Below, one piece after another: positions 39,588-50,653 of a stretch of 64,000 nt of DNA. The position numbers were made by a program, and so were the translations under genes. How positions within the stretch are numbered: position 1 is the stretch's first letter; every line of letters begins with the position of its first letter. This stretch comes from a virus (taxonomy: Duplodnaviria > Heunggongvirae > Uroviricota > Caudoviricetes), in IMG/VR virus record IMGVR_UViG_3300031088_000799, one strand, 5' to 3'. The notes beneath the pieces are model-generated. The model searched no databases. It saw only the letters and a program-made list of their open reading frames with translations, and had not been told where the DNA came from.

Positions 39588-40607
39588 ATGGGGTTATTTA
39601 AAGCAAAAACTGCTGATGAATTAGAAGAAAATTTAATGAAGGTGGTCAATGGATTTTCCAATCAATTAGGATTACGAGAAGAAGTTTCAAACAAAATGGA
39701 AAACGCAAATGCTCAAATAAAATTAGGACTTGTTGGTGGATTAGGAATTGGAGCATTAGGTGTTGTAGGAGGTATTGCGGGAATTACAGTTGCTCCAGCG
39801 ATAGCAACAACGGCAATAGCTGTTGGTGGCGTTGCCACAGTCGTTGGTTTAGGCTATGCAGCAATTGGAAAGCTTTACTCAAAATATCAAGAAGGTCGAT
39901 TAGGTTCATTAAACAGTCAAATCTCTGAAGAACATAGATTAAAAATGGTAGATAATCATTTCGCTAATGATTTTAGTAATAAATTTCATAAGCAAACTGA
40001 CTATAAACATTATAGTAAGGATGTTGATTTATACAGTATCATGAGAGCTGTAAAAAATGGTGATATGGATCAAGCTAAAAATTTAGTAAAAGAAATGGTT
40101 GCAACAACAGAATTACCAGTAAACAATAAAAAATCTTTATTTAAAGCTCCTATTGCAGATAATATGAATCAAAAACTTGGAAAGTTTTTTGACGAATACA
40201 ATAATAAATTAATGGGTATTGATAATCAGAATCAAATAATGAAAAGAGATTCAAAAATGGGATTCGGAATGCTCGCTGCTATGGGAGCAGCAATGGGTTC
40301 TGCTGCAGCTATCGTAACATTAAGTTCACCAGCAGTAATTGGTGGAGCTATTGGTTTAAGTGTTGCAGCCATGGCATACAGTGGTATTCAAAAAATTATG
40401 AAAACAGGTTTAGAACAAAGAAATAGTATTGGATTTGGAATAGAAGCAAGTTCACATATCCATAATGCAGCTCGTGATTTAAATATCAGTTACGATGACC
40501 TTAAATCTATACAGACAATTACTAAAAATAAAAATGCCAGTATCAATGAGATGAAAGAACAATTTATTAATGAGACATCAAATCGCTTAAAAAATAAAAT
40601 AAATTAA
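39588..40607 (+). CDS. membrane protein with two Gly/Ala-rich hydrophobic hairpins and basic C-tail
   Basis: Internal duplication (FKAKTADEL / FKAPIADNM); ends NRLKNKIN. Confidence 0.8.
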   Translation: MGLFKAKTADELEENLMKVVNGFSNQLGLREEVSNKMENANAQIKLGLVGGLGIGALGVVGGIAGITVAPAIATTAIAVGGVATVVGLGYAAIGKLYSKYQEGRLGSLNSQISEEHRLKMVDNHFANDFSNKFHKQTDYKHYSKDVDLYSIMRAVKNGDMDQAKNLVKEMVATTELPVNNKKSLFKAPIADNMNQKLGKFFDEYNNKLMGIDNQNQIMKRDSKMGFGMLAAMGAAMGSAAAIVTLSSPAVIGGAIGLSVAAMAYSGIQKIMKTGLEQRNSIGFGIEASSHIHNAARDLNISYDDLKSIQTITKNKNASINEMKEQFINETSNRLKNKIN

Positions 40608-40678
40608 AAACACCATGAGGTGTTTTTTAATTGTCTTTTAAAAATGGAATTAAAACATAAAACCATCTCATGATGGTT

Positions 40679-41038
40679 TTATTCTTCTGTTCGCTCAGCA
40701 TCTACTTTTTCAAGTTTGTACAACAATGCTTCTTCACCACCACGTATACAAATTTCATAGACATCACCTTCCTCATCAGACAGTGCTAAACGTCCACGAT
40801 ACAAATCTGATGGAAATTCCTTACCATCATGACTGTAAAACTCTACATGGCTATTAAGGACATAGCTGGTTGCACCATCAGGCATAATATGAACACCATT
40901 AAACTGATATTGATCACTACTATAAAAACATCTGTCAGGGGATTTTTCGTCAATCTTAACAGGATCTACAACTGTCTCTGCGAAAGACATGGAAGTTAAA
41001 CCTGTCAGTAAAACTCCTAATATAATTTTTGAAAACAT
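40679..41038 (-). CDS. secreted hypothetical protein
   Basis: Signal peptide ending SMSFA, two Cys. Confidence 0.75.
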   Translation of the reverse strand: MFSKIILGVLLTGLTSMSFAETVVDPVKIDEKSPDRCFYSSDQYQFNGVHIMPDGATSYVLNSHVEFYSHDGKEFPSDLYRGRLALSDEEGDVYEICIRGGEEALLYKLEKVDAERTEE

Positions 41039-41108
41039 ATAAAACTCCTATTAATTAATGCCATTTTCATTTTATATACAAAAAAAACATTTTCAAGGTG
41101 TTAAATTT

Positions 41109-41708
41109 TTATTTAATCGATTTACTAAAAAAGGATACCAAGAAATCAAAATACTCTGGCCAACATGTTATAAAAATCGTCAAAAATACGCCAACTAACA
41201 AGAAAAAGAATAATGTGACAAGCGTAACAAAGTAAGACCGTTTGTCAGCATCCATTCCTAAAAAACTGTCTACACTCGCATCCAGTTGATAAAAAGACAA
41301 CAAAATAGCTGCCATAAATGAAAGCCCCAAAATAAAAATATTAGGAGTAAGTGACGACACACCTAATAAAGAAAAAGGAATTGAAAGATAAATACAATAG
41401 TTAAGACAATAAGTAAATCCATGGTCTTTTATTATTTTATCTGTAATGTAAGCTACAAAAGTTGACATAATGAGAATAAACACTAAAAGAGAAAAATAAA
41501 TGATTACAGATAATGTCAATGATGCTTCATATGTTAAAAAAGCTCTGCTTCGTTGAAAATTGTGCCAACCTATAATATAAGAACCTAAAAACATGGAGAC
41601 GGAGGGAATGAGGGGTAGTATAAAAAATATGATAAGGTTGTGAGCATTTAGTTTTTTAAACTTCGAAAAAATTAAACTAACCTTCTTAGCATTAGTTATT
41701 TGTGTCAT
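41109..41708 (-). CDS. Yip1/YohC-like inner membrane protein
   Basis: Five TM segments, LIPSVSMFLG...GW and Y.SIP..L.G patterns. Confidence 0.6.
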   Translation of the reverse strand: MTQITNAKKVSLIFSKFKKLNAHNLIIFFILPLIPSVSMFLGSYIIGWHNFQRSRAFLTYEASLTLSVIIYFSLLVFILIMSTFVAYITDKIIKDHGFTYCLNYCIYLSIPFSLLGVSSLTPNIFILGLSFMAAILLSFYQLDASVDSFLGMDADKRSYFVTLVTLFFFLLVGVFLTIFITCWPEYFDFLVSFFSKSIK

Positions 41709-41788
41709 TTTATCACCTCAATGTAATAAACATTCAGTGATTTTATAGCATAATGCTAGTTTTTGTCAAAGACCGTTAATCTGGAACC

Positions 41789-42469
41789 TCAGTACTGCAT
41801 CATCGAAACCAAAGCCAATTTATTATCAAGATCATCAATAGCATTGATATTTAAATCATGAGTAAACGGTGGAAAGGTGTCATTATAATGCTCTTCATAG
41901 TTTTTATAAAAAAGATACATGATAGCCATTTTATCTATTTTTTCACTACAAAATTTCAAACGCTCCTGATCCTTAACACCATCATAACCATAAACATCAT
42001 ATGGTTTATTATCTTTATCCATAAAACAATAAATAATATGTTTAACATCATTACGCCAGTCTTTATGTTTTGCCATCAAGCAATAAACAATTTTGTAATC
42101 CAACCTCAACTGAATATTAACCCAGTTTAATTTTTCTACAAAGATACTTGAAATATATTCTTTGGTAACGCCTTCATGAATACATACATGACCTTGAATA
42201 AAATCATAGAGCAGCCGCATATTCAATACTTTAATTTTTTTTACTTTTTTATAATTAGTTGCAGCATCATGCCGCTCAAAACCAACTTCTATGTCAATAG
42301 CATGTTCACCATCGATAAGAACATGAAGAGAGTCCATTGTTTTAGAGACGGCATTAATTTTAACTTTGATATTCATCGCCTCAACATTTGAAAAAGCCAG
42401 TTGATTTAAAAAGTTAACAACAATTTTTTTAATGAAACCAAAGTTATTTTTATTCATATCAATCACCAA
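41789..42469 (-). CDS. hypothetical protein, C-terminal motif family
   Basis: Ends LALVSMMQY. Confidence 0.8.
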   Translation of the reverse strand: MVIDMNKNNFGFIKKIVVNFLNQLAFSNVEAMNIKVKINAVSKTMDSLHVLIDGEHAIDIEVGFERHDAATNYKKVKKIKVLNMRLLYDFIQGHVCIHEGVTKEYISSIFVEKLNWVNIQLRLDYKIVYCLMAKHKDWRNDVKHIIYCFMDKDNKPYDVYGYDGVKDQERLKFCSEKIDKMAIMYLFYKNYEEHYNDTFPPFTHDLNINAIDDLDNKLALVSMMQY

Positions 42470-42558
42470 TTTATTTGCTTAATTATAACATTTTAATGCT
42501 ATTTTATCAACAAAAAAAATAGACCACATTGTGATCTATTTAATTGGCTTATTGATAA

Positions 42559-44631
42559 TTAAGCAGCTTTTTGTTTAGGTTGTTTAAGCATAATCCCTTT
42601 TGCATTGGCTACAATTTTAATCAAACGCTCTTTTGTTGCCTTATCTCGTAACTCTGTATCATTTTTATTATGTGCCGCATAAACTTTCATAGCCTGTGTC
42701 AATGTTACACCAATAATGGATTTATTATCTTTTGCTGTTAAACTAAAATCATAAGCAAAAATTTGAATATTGCCACCACACATATAGTTATCAAAGTGAT
42801 AATTATCACGACTGATACACCATGATGGACTACCCATAATCTTAGCTTGTCTAAAATTATGAATTTCCAATACTAAGTAATTGTCAGCTTCAAACAATAC
42901 TTTAACATCATTAGCGGCTGCTTTCATTTTAATGTTAGCAATATCAAATCCATCAATACTATTAAGTAGTGATTTTAAAGCAGCATTTAAAGAACGAGTG
43001 TTCTTGATACTTGCCATCTTTTTACCAATCATATCCTGAAGAATATGAGTGCTAATGCCCAAGTCATATAATTCTTCCATCAGTGTATAAGTTTTTTCAC
43101 TGTAAAGACTTTTATATTTATTACTAACAATGCTATTAGCATACTGTTCAATTTTATGTTTACGTACAATTTTATGAATTTTGTCGTCAAAGTCTTCAAA
43201 AGTTCGAGATGTTTTCAATTCATTAATGAAATCAAAATTGTGAGCTTTCAAAATATTAACATGCTCAAAATAACTTTTGATACCAAGTTTCAAACCACGT
43301 AGCAAAGTAAATAATTGAGAAATATTATTCACATGTTTATTTTTAAGATTACTGACCAAGAGTTTAACTGATTTGCTCATTGATGGATTTTTTCTCAATA
43401 CATGAGCGATATCATCAATAATACCTTGAATAATCAATTCTTTTGCATCAAATGTATTAGCATTATATTGAAAAATATCATAACCTTTCTTTTTAACAGC
43501 TATTGAATTATCATCAAAAATAATAGCGGCTGTAATATTAGAATCTTTAACATTGTTAAGTGTTGCCACAATTGATAATTCTTTAAATTCATTTGAAAAA
43601 TCAGTCAACTTCAAAATATCATTTTGTTTTTCAACGTAATTATTCAAAAAATCAATAGCTTTGATAGAAGAAAATTGCAAGTGAACGTTAGTTTTTTCCA
43701 TCAAAATTTCACAAATTTTCAATACTTTTTTATAATCAGCAACTAATGTATCTTGATTAAAGATTTCATGATTTTCACGAGCAATCAAAATATCCTTGTT
43801 ATCCTCAATAAAATCGCTTAAAAGTCTTTCTTGGCGAGCAAAAATTTGACGTTTTTCATGAGTTACAGTTGGAATCATAATTTGTTCTTGATTTCTAGAT
43901 TGATGACCAAAATAACTACGTTCAAAATGCTGAACTTCTCTATCTTGGGACATTGACATCATCATATCCGAAAAATAGTTAGAATCGATAACAAAATCTA
44001 CAAATGATAGATACCGTTCTTTAAAATATCGATTAGCCTCTTCAGTAGACTGAATAATTTTTTTCAATTCTTGAATTTCTTTTGGACTTGTAATATGAAG
44101 TTGTGGCTCAACTTCAACCCATTGATTCAAAAGCAAACTATAATCAATTGAAAGGCTATAACTATAATAATCAATCATATAAGAAATAACAGTAAACAAT
44201 TGTCGCCACATTACACTAGATTTACTAATAAATTTATAGTAAGTTTCCTTGTCACGATCTTGACCAACCAGATCATTTCGACCAGATGCTAAAAATGAAT
44301 TAGGATTATCATAGTGCCTATTAAGACCAATACTTTTAATCATATCTTTATTAGAATTAAGATCATGAAAAGGACCATCCAGAATAAACGAATAATCGAG
44401 TCCGCTAAGTGATAGCAGTTTATCCTTCATATCCTGAGTTACAAATTTTTTACGTTGTTGTCTAATATGTTTACGATCAAAACCATAAGATCTACTTACC
44501 AATGGATTATTATTTAAATCTTCTAATGCATCAAAAACAAAATTATCTTCATGCCCACTAAACATGGTTTTTCCTTTGCGGTAAGCGTTAAAAAAATTCA
44601 CAATTAGGGCTTCATTCGTCTGCATCAACAT
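42559..44631 (-). CDS. large hypothetical protein with C-terminal PcfJ-related (GS..WCI) domain
   Basis: VLEIHNFRQAKIMGSPSWCISR..FDNY..YDF..IIGVT. Confidence 0.6.
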   Translation of the reverse strand: MLMQTNEALIVNFFNAYRKGKTMFSGHEDNFVFDALEDLNNNPLVSRSYGFDRKHIRQQRKKFVTQDMKDKLLSLSGLDYSFILDGPFHDLNSNKDMIKSIGLNRHYDNPNSFLASGRNDLVGQDRDKETYYKFISKSSVMWRQLFTVISYMIDYYSYSLSIDYSLLLNQWVEVEPQLHITSPKEIQELKKIIQSTEEANRYFKERYLSFVDFVIDSNYFSDMMMSMSQDREVQHFERSYFGHQSRNQEQIMIPTVTHEKRQIFARQERLLSDFIEDNKDILIARENHEIFNQDTLVADYKKVLKICEILMEKTNVHLQFSSIKAIDFLNNYVEKQNDILKLTDFSNEFKELSIVATLNNVKDSNITAAIIFDDNSIAVKKKGYDIFQYNANTFDAKELIIQGIIDDIAHVLRKNPSMSKSVKLLVSNLKNKHVNNISQLFTLLRGLKLGIKSYFEHVNILKAHNFDFINELKTSRTFEDFDDKIHKIVRKHKIEQYANSIVSNKYKSLYSEKTYTLMEELYDLGISTHILQDMIGKKMASIKNTRSLNAALKSLLNSIDGFDIANIKMKAAANDVKVLFEADNYLVLEIHNFRQAKIMGSPSWCISRDNYHFDNYMCGGNIQIFAYDFSLTAKDNKSIIGVTLTQAMKVYAAHNKNDTELRDKATKERLIKIVANAKGIMLKQPKQKAA

Positions 44632-44697
44632 ATCCTCATAATTTTATAAATTTTACCATATCAACGGCAAAAATTCAATAAAGAATAGTTCAAATAT

Positions 44698-45501
44698 TTA
44701 CGTTTTCATCATGTTTGCAACAAGGATAAAATCGCCTCGTTCGTTAACATCTAATTGTTTAAATTCCTTCAAACTCATATCCATCATGCCAATGTGTTTA
44801 GCAATATTATTGTAAACATAAGTAATAATAGAAGTATGGTGTTTCTGTAAGAAATTTTCCAGAGAACTATCATCCACATATATCAATTCCCCACTATGAA
44901 TATATCCCATAAATTTATAGCGACTCGATAAAGAAACAAATACCGTTCTTGATGTAATTCTAGACATAGGTAATGCAAATTTAATAATTGGAATATATTC
45001 GTAGGTATTGCCACCAAGATTAATTTTAGCAATAGCAATTTTATGCTTCATAATCATTTTAGATTTCTTACTACCTGCGGGATTATGAATCAATTTAACA
45101 TTTCGAGAAAAATCTTCACAAAATTTTCTCTGTCTACTGGTAGGTTTAAACTGTTCCCATGAATTATTTTTAAATGGATTCATCAACAAGCCATCAAAGA
45201 ATTTAGTGACTTGATAAAGGTAATTAACTTCATTTAAAACTTTTTCATAATAAGAAAAGTCCAAAGAATAAGTGTCTTCAAAATACTCAATAATAGGAGA
45301 AACACTCTTAACATTATGATAGTTAAAAGCTAAATGAGCGGCATAATTTTCATTATTTACCATCACAATATTGGATTCAGCATCTGTAAATGAAGCGTAT
45401 CTATTTAAATAATCTCGACTTTTAGTCAATTGTGTAGGGAGATTAAATGCGACCTCCAATAAGTCAGCCGAAATGATTTGTGACAATTGAAATTTACTCA
45501 T
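44698..45501 (-). CDS. hypothetical protein, C-terminal motif family
   Basis: Ends SLKEFKQL..ILVANMMKT. Confidence 0.8.
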   Translation of the reverse strand: MSKFQLSQIISADLLEVAFNLPTQLTKSRDYLNRYASFTDAESNIVMVNNENYAAHLAFNYHNVKSVSPIIEYFEDTYSLDFSYYEKVLNEVNYLYQVTKFFDGLLMNPFKNNSWEQFKPTSRQRKFCEDFSRNVKLIHNPAGSKKSKMIMKHKIAIAKINLGGNTYEYIPIIKFALPMSRITSRTVFVSLSSRYKFMGYIHSGELIYVDDSSLENFLQKHHTSIITYVYNNIAKHIGMMDMSLKEFKQLDVNERGDFILVANMMKT

Positions 45502-45841
45502 AAGTTTTCCTCTCAATTTGACTGTTGATTTGTTTTTCTGCATTCAAAATACTATCTCTTTTTACTAACTCAATATAAGCAAAAATAAAAGCTTGAAGAA
45601 TACGTCTTCGATAACGACAGTTACCCAACTTATAACATTCATCAGATGGTATTTTAAAGGTATTCGCTTCTGAGTTATATATTATAATTCTAGGTTCCTC
45701 TGTTCGTTGAATAAATAAGAAATTGTTCTTAATTTCATACTTAAAGGGTAAGTCAGGCAATGGACTAAATGTGGTATCAACACGTAAATCATTAATTAAC
45801 GCATTAACAGCCTGTTTCTGTTTAAAATATTTGCCAAGCAT
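45494..45841 (-). CDS. hypothetical protein
   Basis: 115 aa, GGAGG SD. Confidence 0.7.
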   Translation of the reverse strand: MLGKYFKQKQAVNALINDLRVDTTFSPLPDLPFKYEIKNNFLFIQRTEEPRIIIYNSEANTFKIPSDECYKLGNCRYRRRILQAFIFAYIELVKRDSILNAEKQINSQIERKTYE

Positions 45842-46024
45842 ACTTTACCTCCATAAGAAAGACAATTATATCAAAATTGCATCAAAATATCAACGAATAT
45901 TTGAGTTTTGAGAGGGAACTTCGCCAATCTAACCAATAACCACTCATCAGGAGGTCGTTGAAGTATAGTTTTTTTATGATATATTATGAGACAAATTCAT
46001 GATAACCAAAAAAGGGATATTGTT

Positions 46025-46432
46025 ATGTTTTCTATTGCGACTTTACTAAGTGGATTCTGTTGGTTACTGGTAGCTATTACATTGTTAGCCGATTTTGCGT
46101 TCTTAAAAAATAGCCCATCATTGTCCATAATGTTTAATATAATGAGCATTATTTTCTTTGTAATAGGTTGTGCCTTTTTTATATATAGTCAACATTTATG
46201 TAGTAAGATTAGAAAGTTTAAAAAAGAGACAAAATATAAACTGGAACAATTAAATCCAGAAAGTCGATTAGAGCATCTTTCACACATAAAGAAATACGAT
46301 TTTATGAATGAAAATGGTAAACTTAACAATTGGAAAGGTGTTTTATACTGCCTGCAGTTAAAAATCCCTGAGTATGTTCTCACGAAGACAATAATCGATG
46401 AACTTAATTTCGAGGATAACCGGGAGAATTAA
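46025..46432 (+). CDS. 2-TM membrane protein
   Basis: Two N-terminal hydrophobic helices. Confidence 0.65.
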   Translation: MFSIATLLSGFCWLLVAITLLADFAFLKNSPSLSIMFNIMSIIFFVIGCAFFIYSQHLCSKIRKFKKETKYKLEQLNPESRLEHLSHIKKYDFMNENGKLNNWKGVLYCLQLKIPEYVLTKTIIDELNFEDNREN

Positions 46433-46522
46433 ATATGAAATATGATGATGAACACAAAACAGCAAAACTATGTTTGGCCAGTGTAGTTGTGATGTTAGAT
46501 AACGGACTGTAAAAAAAGAGGC

Positions 46523-47215
46523 TCATGCCTCTTCTTGTATGTTTACTGCAATTTCTTTTTTATCAAAATAACTCAGTTTATGATTAACTTTGTCTAATGC
46601 TTTCGTTAATCTTTCTTGTTCCAATAATAAAACATTCTTAGAAAGAATTTGACTATCCGCTAATGAAACAATTTCATTATTTTCTAACATGACTGAAGAT
46701 ATTTTATAAGAATCAAAATCTTGGCTATGTAATATTTTAATAATTCTAAGGCCATTAAGTTCTGGCAACTCAGGTGTATTAACCATCATATCGAATAATG
46801 GATCTTCACCTTGTAACATAACTGTTTTTAAATTACGTGACCAGTAAACCTTTAAGAAAATAGCATAGATTGGAAACAAAACAATATTGCTTAACCATAA
46901 TAATACTATCACTACATAGGTCAGTAAGCTACCAAAAGTAAAATATCCACGTAAATACTGATAATCTGTCTTCAGTTCAGTTAAAATCTTTCCACTCCAA
47001 GTTAATGATGCCAGTGTGCCACACCATTGAAAATAAGTCATATTAGATTTTCGAGAAAAAGGTATTTCTTTAAACAATTCCTTAAATAGTGATGTTTGGC
47101 TCATTTCGTTTTGACTCCATTGTGGCTTCTTTAAATAATATAGCAAATAAAAAGCTAAACAACAAGATAACGTTAACAATATAATTGAATATAAAGAAAG
47201 ATTTAACATTATCAA
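46523..47215 (-). CDS. membrane protein
   Basis: TM segments; start uncertain because of overlap with the upstream ORF. Confidence 0.65.
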   Translation of the reverse strand: MIMLNLSLYSIILLTLSCCLAFYLLYYLKKPQWSQNEMSQTSLFKELFKEIPFSRKSNMTYFQWCGTLASLTWSGKILTELKTDYQYLRGYFTFGSLLTYVVIVLLWLSNIVLFPIYAIFLKVYWSRNLKTVMLQGEDPLFDMMVNTPELPELNGLRIIKILHSQDFDSYKISSVMLENNEIVSLADSQILSKNVLLLEQERLTKALDKVNHKLSYFDKKEIAVNIQEEA

Positions 47216-47525
47216 TCAAAACTATTTTAATATTCAACAATAAAATATTCTTCATTTTATCAACTAGCAATTCTTTTTTGTAAAGTGAATCCTTATACGC
47301 TTTAAAAGCTTGATCACCAAGTGCATCAATATCCGATCTAAAATAATAAGATTTTGACATTAATAACTTCAACTTCTCTTTATTTTCAAGGCTTGATTGA
47401 GGAATAATATAACTATTAACAATTCCATCTATGTTACTTTTAATACTGGTATAAAACATGTAGTTAAATCCATAACACAAAAACAGCACAAAAAGCATAA
47501 AATAATATTTACTACTGATTCTCAT
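47082..47525 (-). CDS. membrane protein
   Basis: Two TM segments; GAGG SD before MRISS. Confidence 0.6.
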   Translation of the reverse strand: MRISSKYYFMLFVLFLCYGFNYMFYTSIKSNIDGIVNSYIIPQSSLENKEKLKLLMSKSYYFRSDIDALGDQAFKAYKDSLYKKELLVDKMKNILLLNIKIVLIDNVKSFFIFNYIVNVILLFSFLFAILFKEATMESKRNEPNITI

Positions 47526-47651
47526 AACAACCTCTCTTACAGTTAAAAGGAATTTAACACAAAATATTAAAAAATCAATGTTGTTCGTCATTGTTTTTAT
47601 TTCAAATAAAGGTAAAATGCTTTAATAAATAACTATTGGCGATAACTATAC

Positions 47652-48869
47652 ATGAATAAAAATATAAAAAAATTGTTGCAAAACCACCTTCATTTAAAAG
47701 ACTACTTTTTAGAAAACGGGCTTACTTTATCATCGAATAATTACATAAAAGGAAAAGAAAATCATTTTTCAGTGGAAGAAGATTACCTAACTATTAGGAT
47801 TACAGAATACTATACAACAGCTAACATTGAATTATGCTTGGCCTTCATGTTGGCTAATTTTACTAAATCTGAAATAAAACAGCTTGTCTCTATGTTCGAA
47901 TTTCACCATAATTTATTTGGAACACCTTTACTCAAAGATGAAGTCTACCAAATCATGGTAACAGACACACATATGTCATTTACCAGTAAACTAATCGAAC
48001 TTCAAATTACGAAAACATCAATGGAAGTATATCAAGACTGTTCTTTCTTTGAAACTGTTCAAACTATAAAACCTGTTAACATAAAATCCTTTCATAAAGC
48101 CATGATAAAACAACTACCAAAATCGTTATCCATTTATTTTAATCGCCCTGTCAAAGCGATTAACAATAACACTATACAAACCTTACTGAATGAATCTGTA
48201 TTCGATTATAATGAACGCATTAACAGTAAACCTTTTTTCAAAGCATGTCCTGATTATGACTTTTATAAAAATATCACTAATCATCAATTATCCTATTTAA
48301 TAAAAGAGTACAGTTACAATAGCCCTATCTCCAATGAACAATTGATAAAAGACTATGATCTGGTCATACTTAAACAAACTTCTGAGCGTGCTGTTAAAGT
48401 GCCAGAAGAATTAAAACAGCCAGTTGAGATATTGATTGATGTAAAACAAATGCATTTAATCAGAAAAGTATTAACACCTGTGTTTAAAGAAAATGATCTC
48501 TCATATTTATTATCTATTATCTCATTAATGCATTTTATTGAAAATATCAAAAACCCTTATTCAAATGATTGCTTTGTCAATATAGAAAAAGAACCAACAT
48601 TAAATGATTCCAGAGAATATGTATATGATAATCACTATATTTTCAATATCAGTTTTGCGGATTTTAGTATGAACATAGGAAGGGAAACAGAACTAATTTC
48701 ATTCGGTTTGTATGATTATGATTATAAAACCTGTAAATCTGATAACTTTAAAACTATTTACACTAGTTTAGTCAAACTGACAAAAAAGATCATTAAAACA
48801 TCACTAGATATTGAAAATAGCGAAGTAAAATATGATCATATAAAATTGATACAGATGCAAAATTCTTAA
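47652..48869 (+). CDS. hypothetical protein, C-terminal motif family
   Basis: 405 aa; ends HIKLIQMQNS. Confidence 0.8.
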   Translation: MNKNIKKLLQNHLHLKDYFLENGLTLSSNNYIKGKENHFSVEEDYLTIRITEYYTTANIELCLAFMLANFTKSEIKQLVSMFEFHHNLFGTPLLKDEVYQIMVTDTHMSFTSKLIELQITKTSMEVYQDCSFFETVQTIKPVNIKSFHKAMIKQLPKSLSIYFNRPVKAINNNTIQTLLNESVFDYNERINSKPFFKACPDYDFYKNITNHQLSYLIKEYSYNSPISNEQLIKDYDLVILKQTSERAVKVPEELKQPVEILIDVKQMHLIRKVLTPVFKENDLSYLLSIISLMHFIENIKNPYSNDCFVNIEKEPTLNDSREYVYDNHYIFNISFADFSMNIGRETELISFGLYDYDYKTCKSDNFKTIYTSLVKLTKKIIKTSLDIENSEVKYDHIKLIQMQNS

Positions 48870-48926
48870 CGATTCTTTAACAAAAAATGCAGCAATCCTA
48901 AGAAAGCTGCATTTAAAGGAAGATAC

Positions 48927-49766
48927 TCAAACGAGCAGAGAATTGTCAGTAAAAAACTCAGGTGCTGCATCATTGAAGATGAATGCTACTTTGTTAGATA
49001 CTTTTGCAAAGTTACCAACATCAACCTCTACCACACGACGACGCATAAAACCTTTTGAGTTTTCTTCGGTCAAAAATTGTTTCGGAATGTCAGATTCTGT
49101 CGCTGAAACAAAAAATGACTCGTTACGAACAAAAGTGCCGTATTTGAAGAAGTTAGGGTATGCATTAAAGTCAACGCCTTTCTTCATCATCATCTCAATT
49201 TTTTCAGCACCGTTTACACCCATCAGTTGCTTGTGACTGAACTCAGCCATTGCTGCCATACTGATTGAGTTCTTATAAGCATCCATTGCTCTCCACATAA
49301 ACATGTTTGCCACTTCTGAGAAGTTTGGCATGTTAATAATACGGCAATCAAAAGTTGGAAGCTTTTGAAGACACTTTTCACCCCAATATTCTAAGGCATA
49401 TACCATAAATTTAGCTGTAGCAATAGAGGCAACGTTACTAACCATCTTTTGAACACGGCCATCAAAGAAAATGCTAGAACGAGTATCACTACCGTACCAA
49501 GCCAAACTGATTTCATCAGATTGTGTATAACCAACAGTGGCACCTGTTTCTTTAACAAGATATTTGGTTACTTCAATCATTGCTTTTGACAGTTTTTCAT
49601 CAAATGGCTTTTTCATGCCTTTAGTGAATTTACTGAAAGAACGACCATCAATTCGAGCATATACTGGCTGATTACGAGCAAATCGAACTTTGGTTTCTTT
49701 ATCTTCGTAGAATTTCATACGCTCACCTAGCGTAAGTTGTTGTTGTTGCAGAGTTTGGTCTACCAT
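48927..49766 (-). CDS. tRNA(His) guanylyltransferase Thg1-like 3'-5' polymerase
   Basis: RMKFYE, RIDGRSFSKFT..KPFD, GYTQSDEISL, FDGRVQK, FDCR, WR..DA.KNSI. Confidence 0.93.
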   Translation of the reverse strand: MVDQTLQQQQLTLGERMKFYEDKETKVRFARNQPVYARIDGRSFSKFTKGMKKPFDEKLSKAMIEVTKYLVKETGATVGYTQSDEISLAWYGSDTRSSIFFDGRVQKMVSNVASIATAKFMVYALEYWGEKCLQKLPTFDCRIINMPNFSEVANMFMWRAMDAYKNSISMAAMAEFSHKQLMGVNGAEKIEMMMKKGVDFNAYPNFFKYGTFVRNESFFVSATESDIPKQFLTEENSKGFMRRRVVEVDVGNFAKVSNKVAFIFNDAAPEFFTDNSLLV

Positions 49767-49796
49767 GATGTTTCTCCTTTTGGTTAAGACCTGATC

Positions 49797-49825
49797 ATAA
49801 TACCAAAATTCATATCAAAGGTCAA
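49797..49825 (-). promoter_or_regulatory. sigma70-type promoter
   Basis: TTGACC-17-TATTAT. Confidence 0.6.
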
Positions 49826-50653
49826 TCAAATAACATACATTTCTTCTATTTGGCGATATCGCTTAACTAAAACATCAAGTTCAGTAATAGTGCTATAATG
49901 AAAACCACATAACAAATCAACACCACTAAAAGATTGTTGTAAAAAGTTTATTTTATTAAAATCTGATAACGTTTTAGCCCGTATAAATAAATGCTCTCTA
50001 TTTGATTTAATATAATAATTGAGATCATAATTAAAATATAACCCATTTTTATTATAAGCTTTGTAACATAACATCAAGTGCTCATTAAAAACTTTGCCAT
50101 GGTTAACTAAATCAAATAAATGATTATGAAAATCAATAAAAAGAGTCTTTCGTTTAACAGGCTCAGCTAGCACCATAATATCAGTATTTAATACAACGTC
50201 GCTCACTTCAACAGGTAAATATTTAATAAGCTGATTACAAAATTCAGTTGTCTTCTCTTTTTTAAGTGGGAAGTGTATCAAATCAAAAACCGAATTGTTT
50301 ATTGCCCAATTAAAATCTAATTCAATTAATGGTAATACATAGCGATCTTCGATACATACATTAAATGGAATATAGAAATCAGCTTGATGGATTCTATAAA
50401 AACCATAAAATTGCAAATCATAACGATCTTCAATAAAACCACCATAGCCATCATCGTGTTTAATTATTGGAGAAATTTTTTTAAATAATAAAATACACTC
50501 TACATCTTCAGCTATACAACCATAGGAGCACGCTATTTGTTCTTGAACTCTACCTAAATCATAAAATTCTAAAAAATTTAATTTTTTATAATCATAATTA
50601 AAGTAAGTAGTATAAAAATTCTTAAAATGTAACTGTTCCATAATCATTCTCAT
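49826..50653 (-). CDS. hypothetical protein, paralog of 50650-51465; C-terminal motif family
   Basis: Shared YGFYRI...DFY.PF, INNSVFD..H.PLKKEKT.EF; ends RQIEEMYVI. Confidence 0.8.
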   Translation of the reverse strand: MRMIMEQLHFKNFYTTYFNYDYKKLNFLEFYDLGRVQEQIACSYGCIAEDVECILLFKKISPIIKHDDGYGGFIEDRYDLQFYGFYRIHQADFYIPFNVCIEDRYVLPLIELDFNWAINNSVFDLIHFPLKKEKTTEFCNQLIKYLPVEVSDVVLNTDIMVLAEPVKRKTLFIDFHNHLFDLVNHGKVFNEHLMLCYKAYNKNGLYFNYDLNYYIKSNREHLFIRAKTLSDFNKINFLQQSFSGVDLLCGFHYSTITELDVLVKRYRQIEEMYVI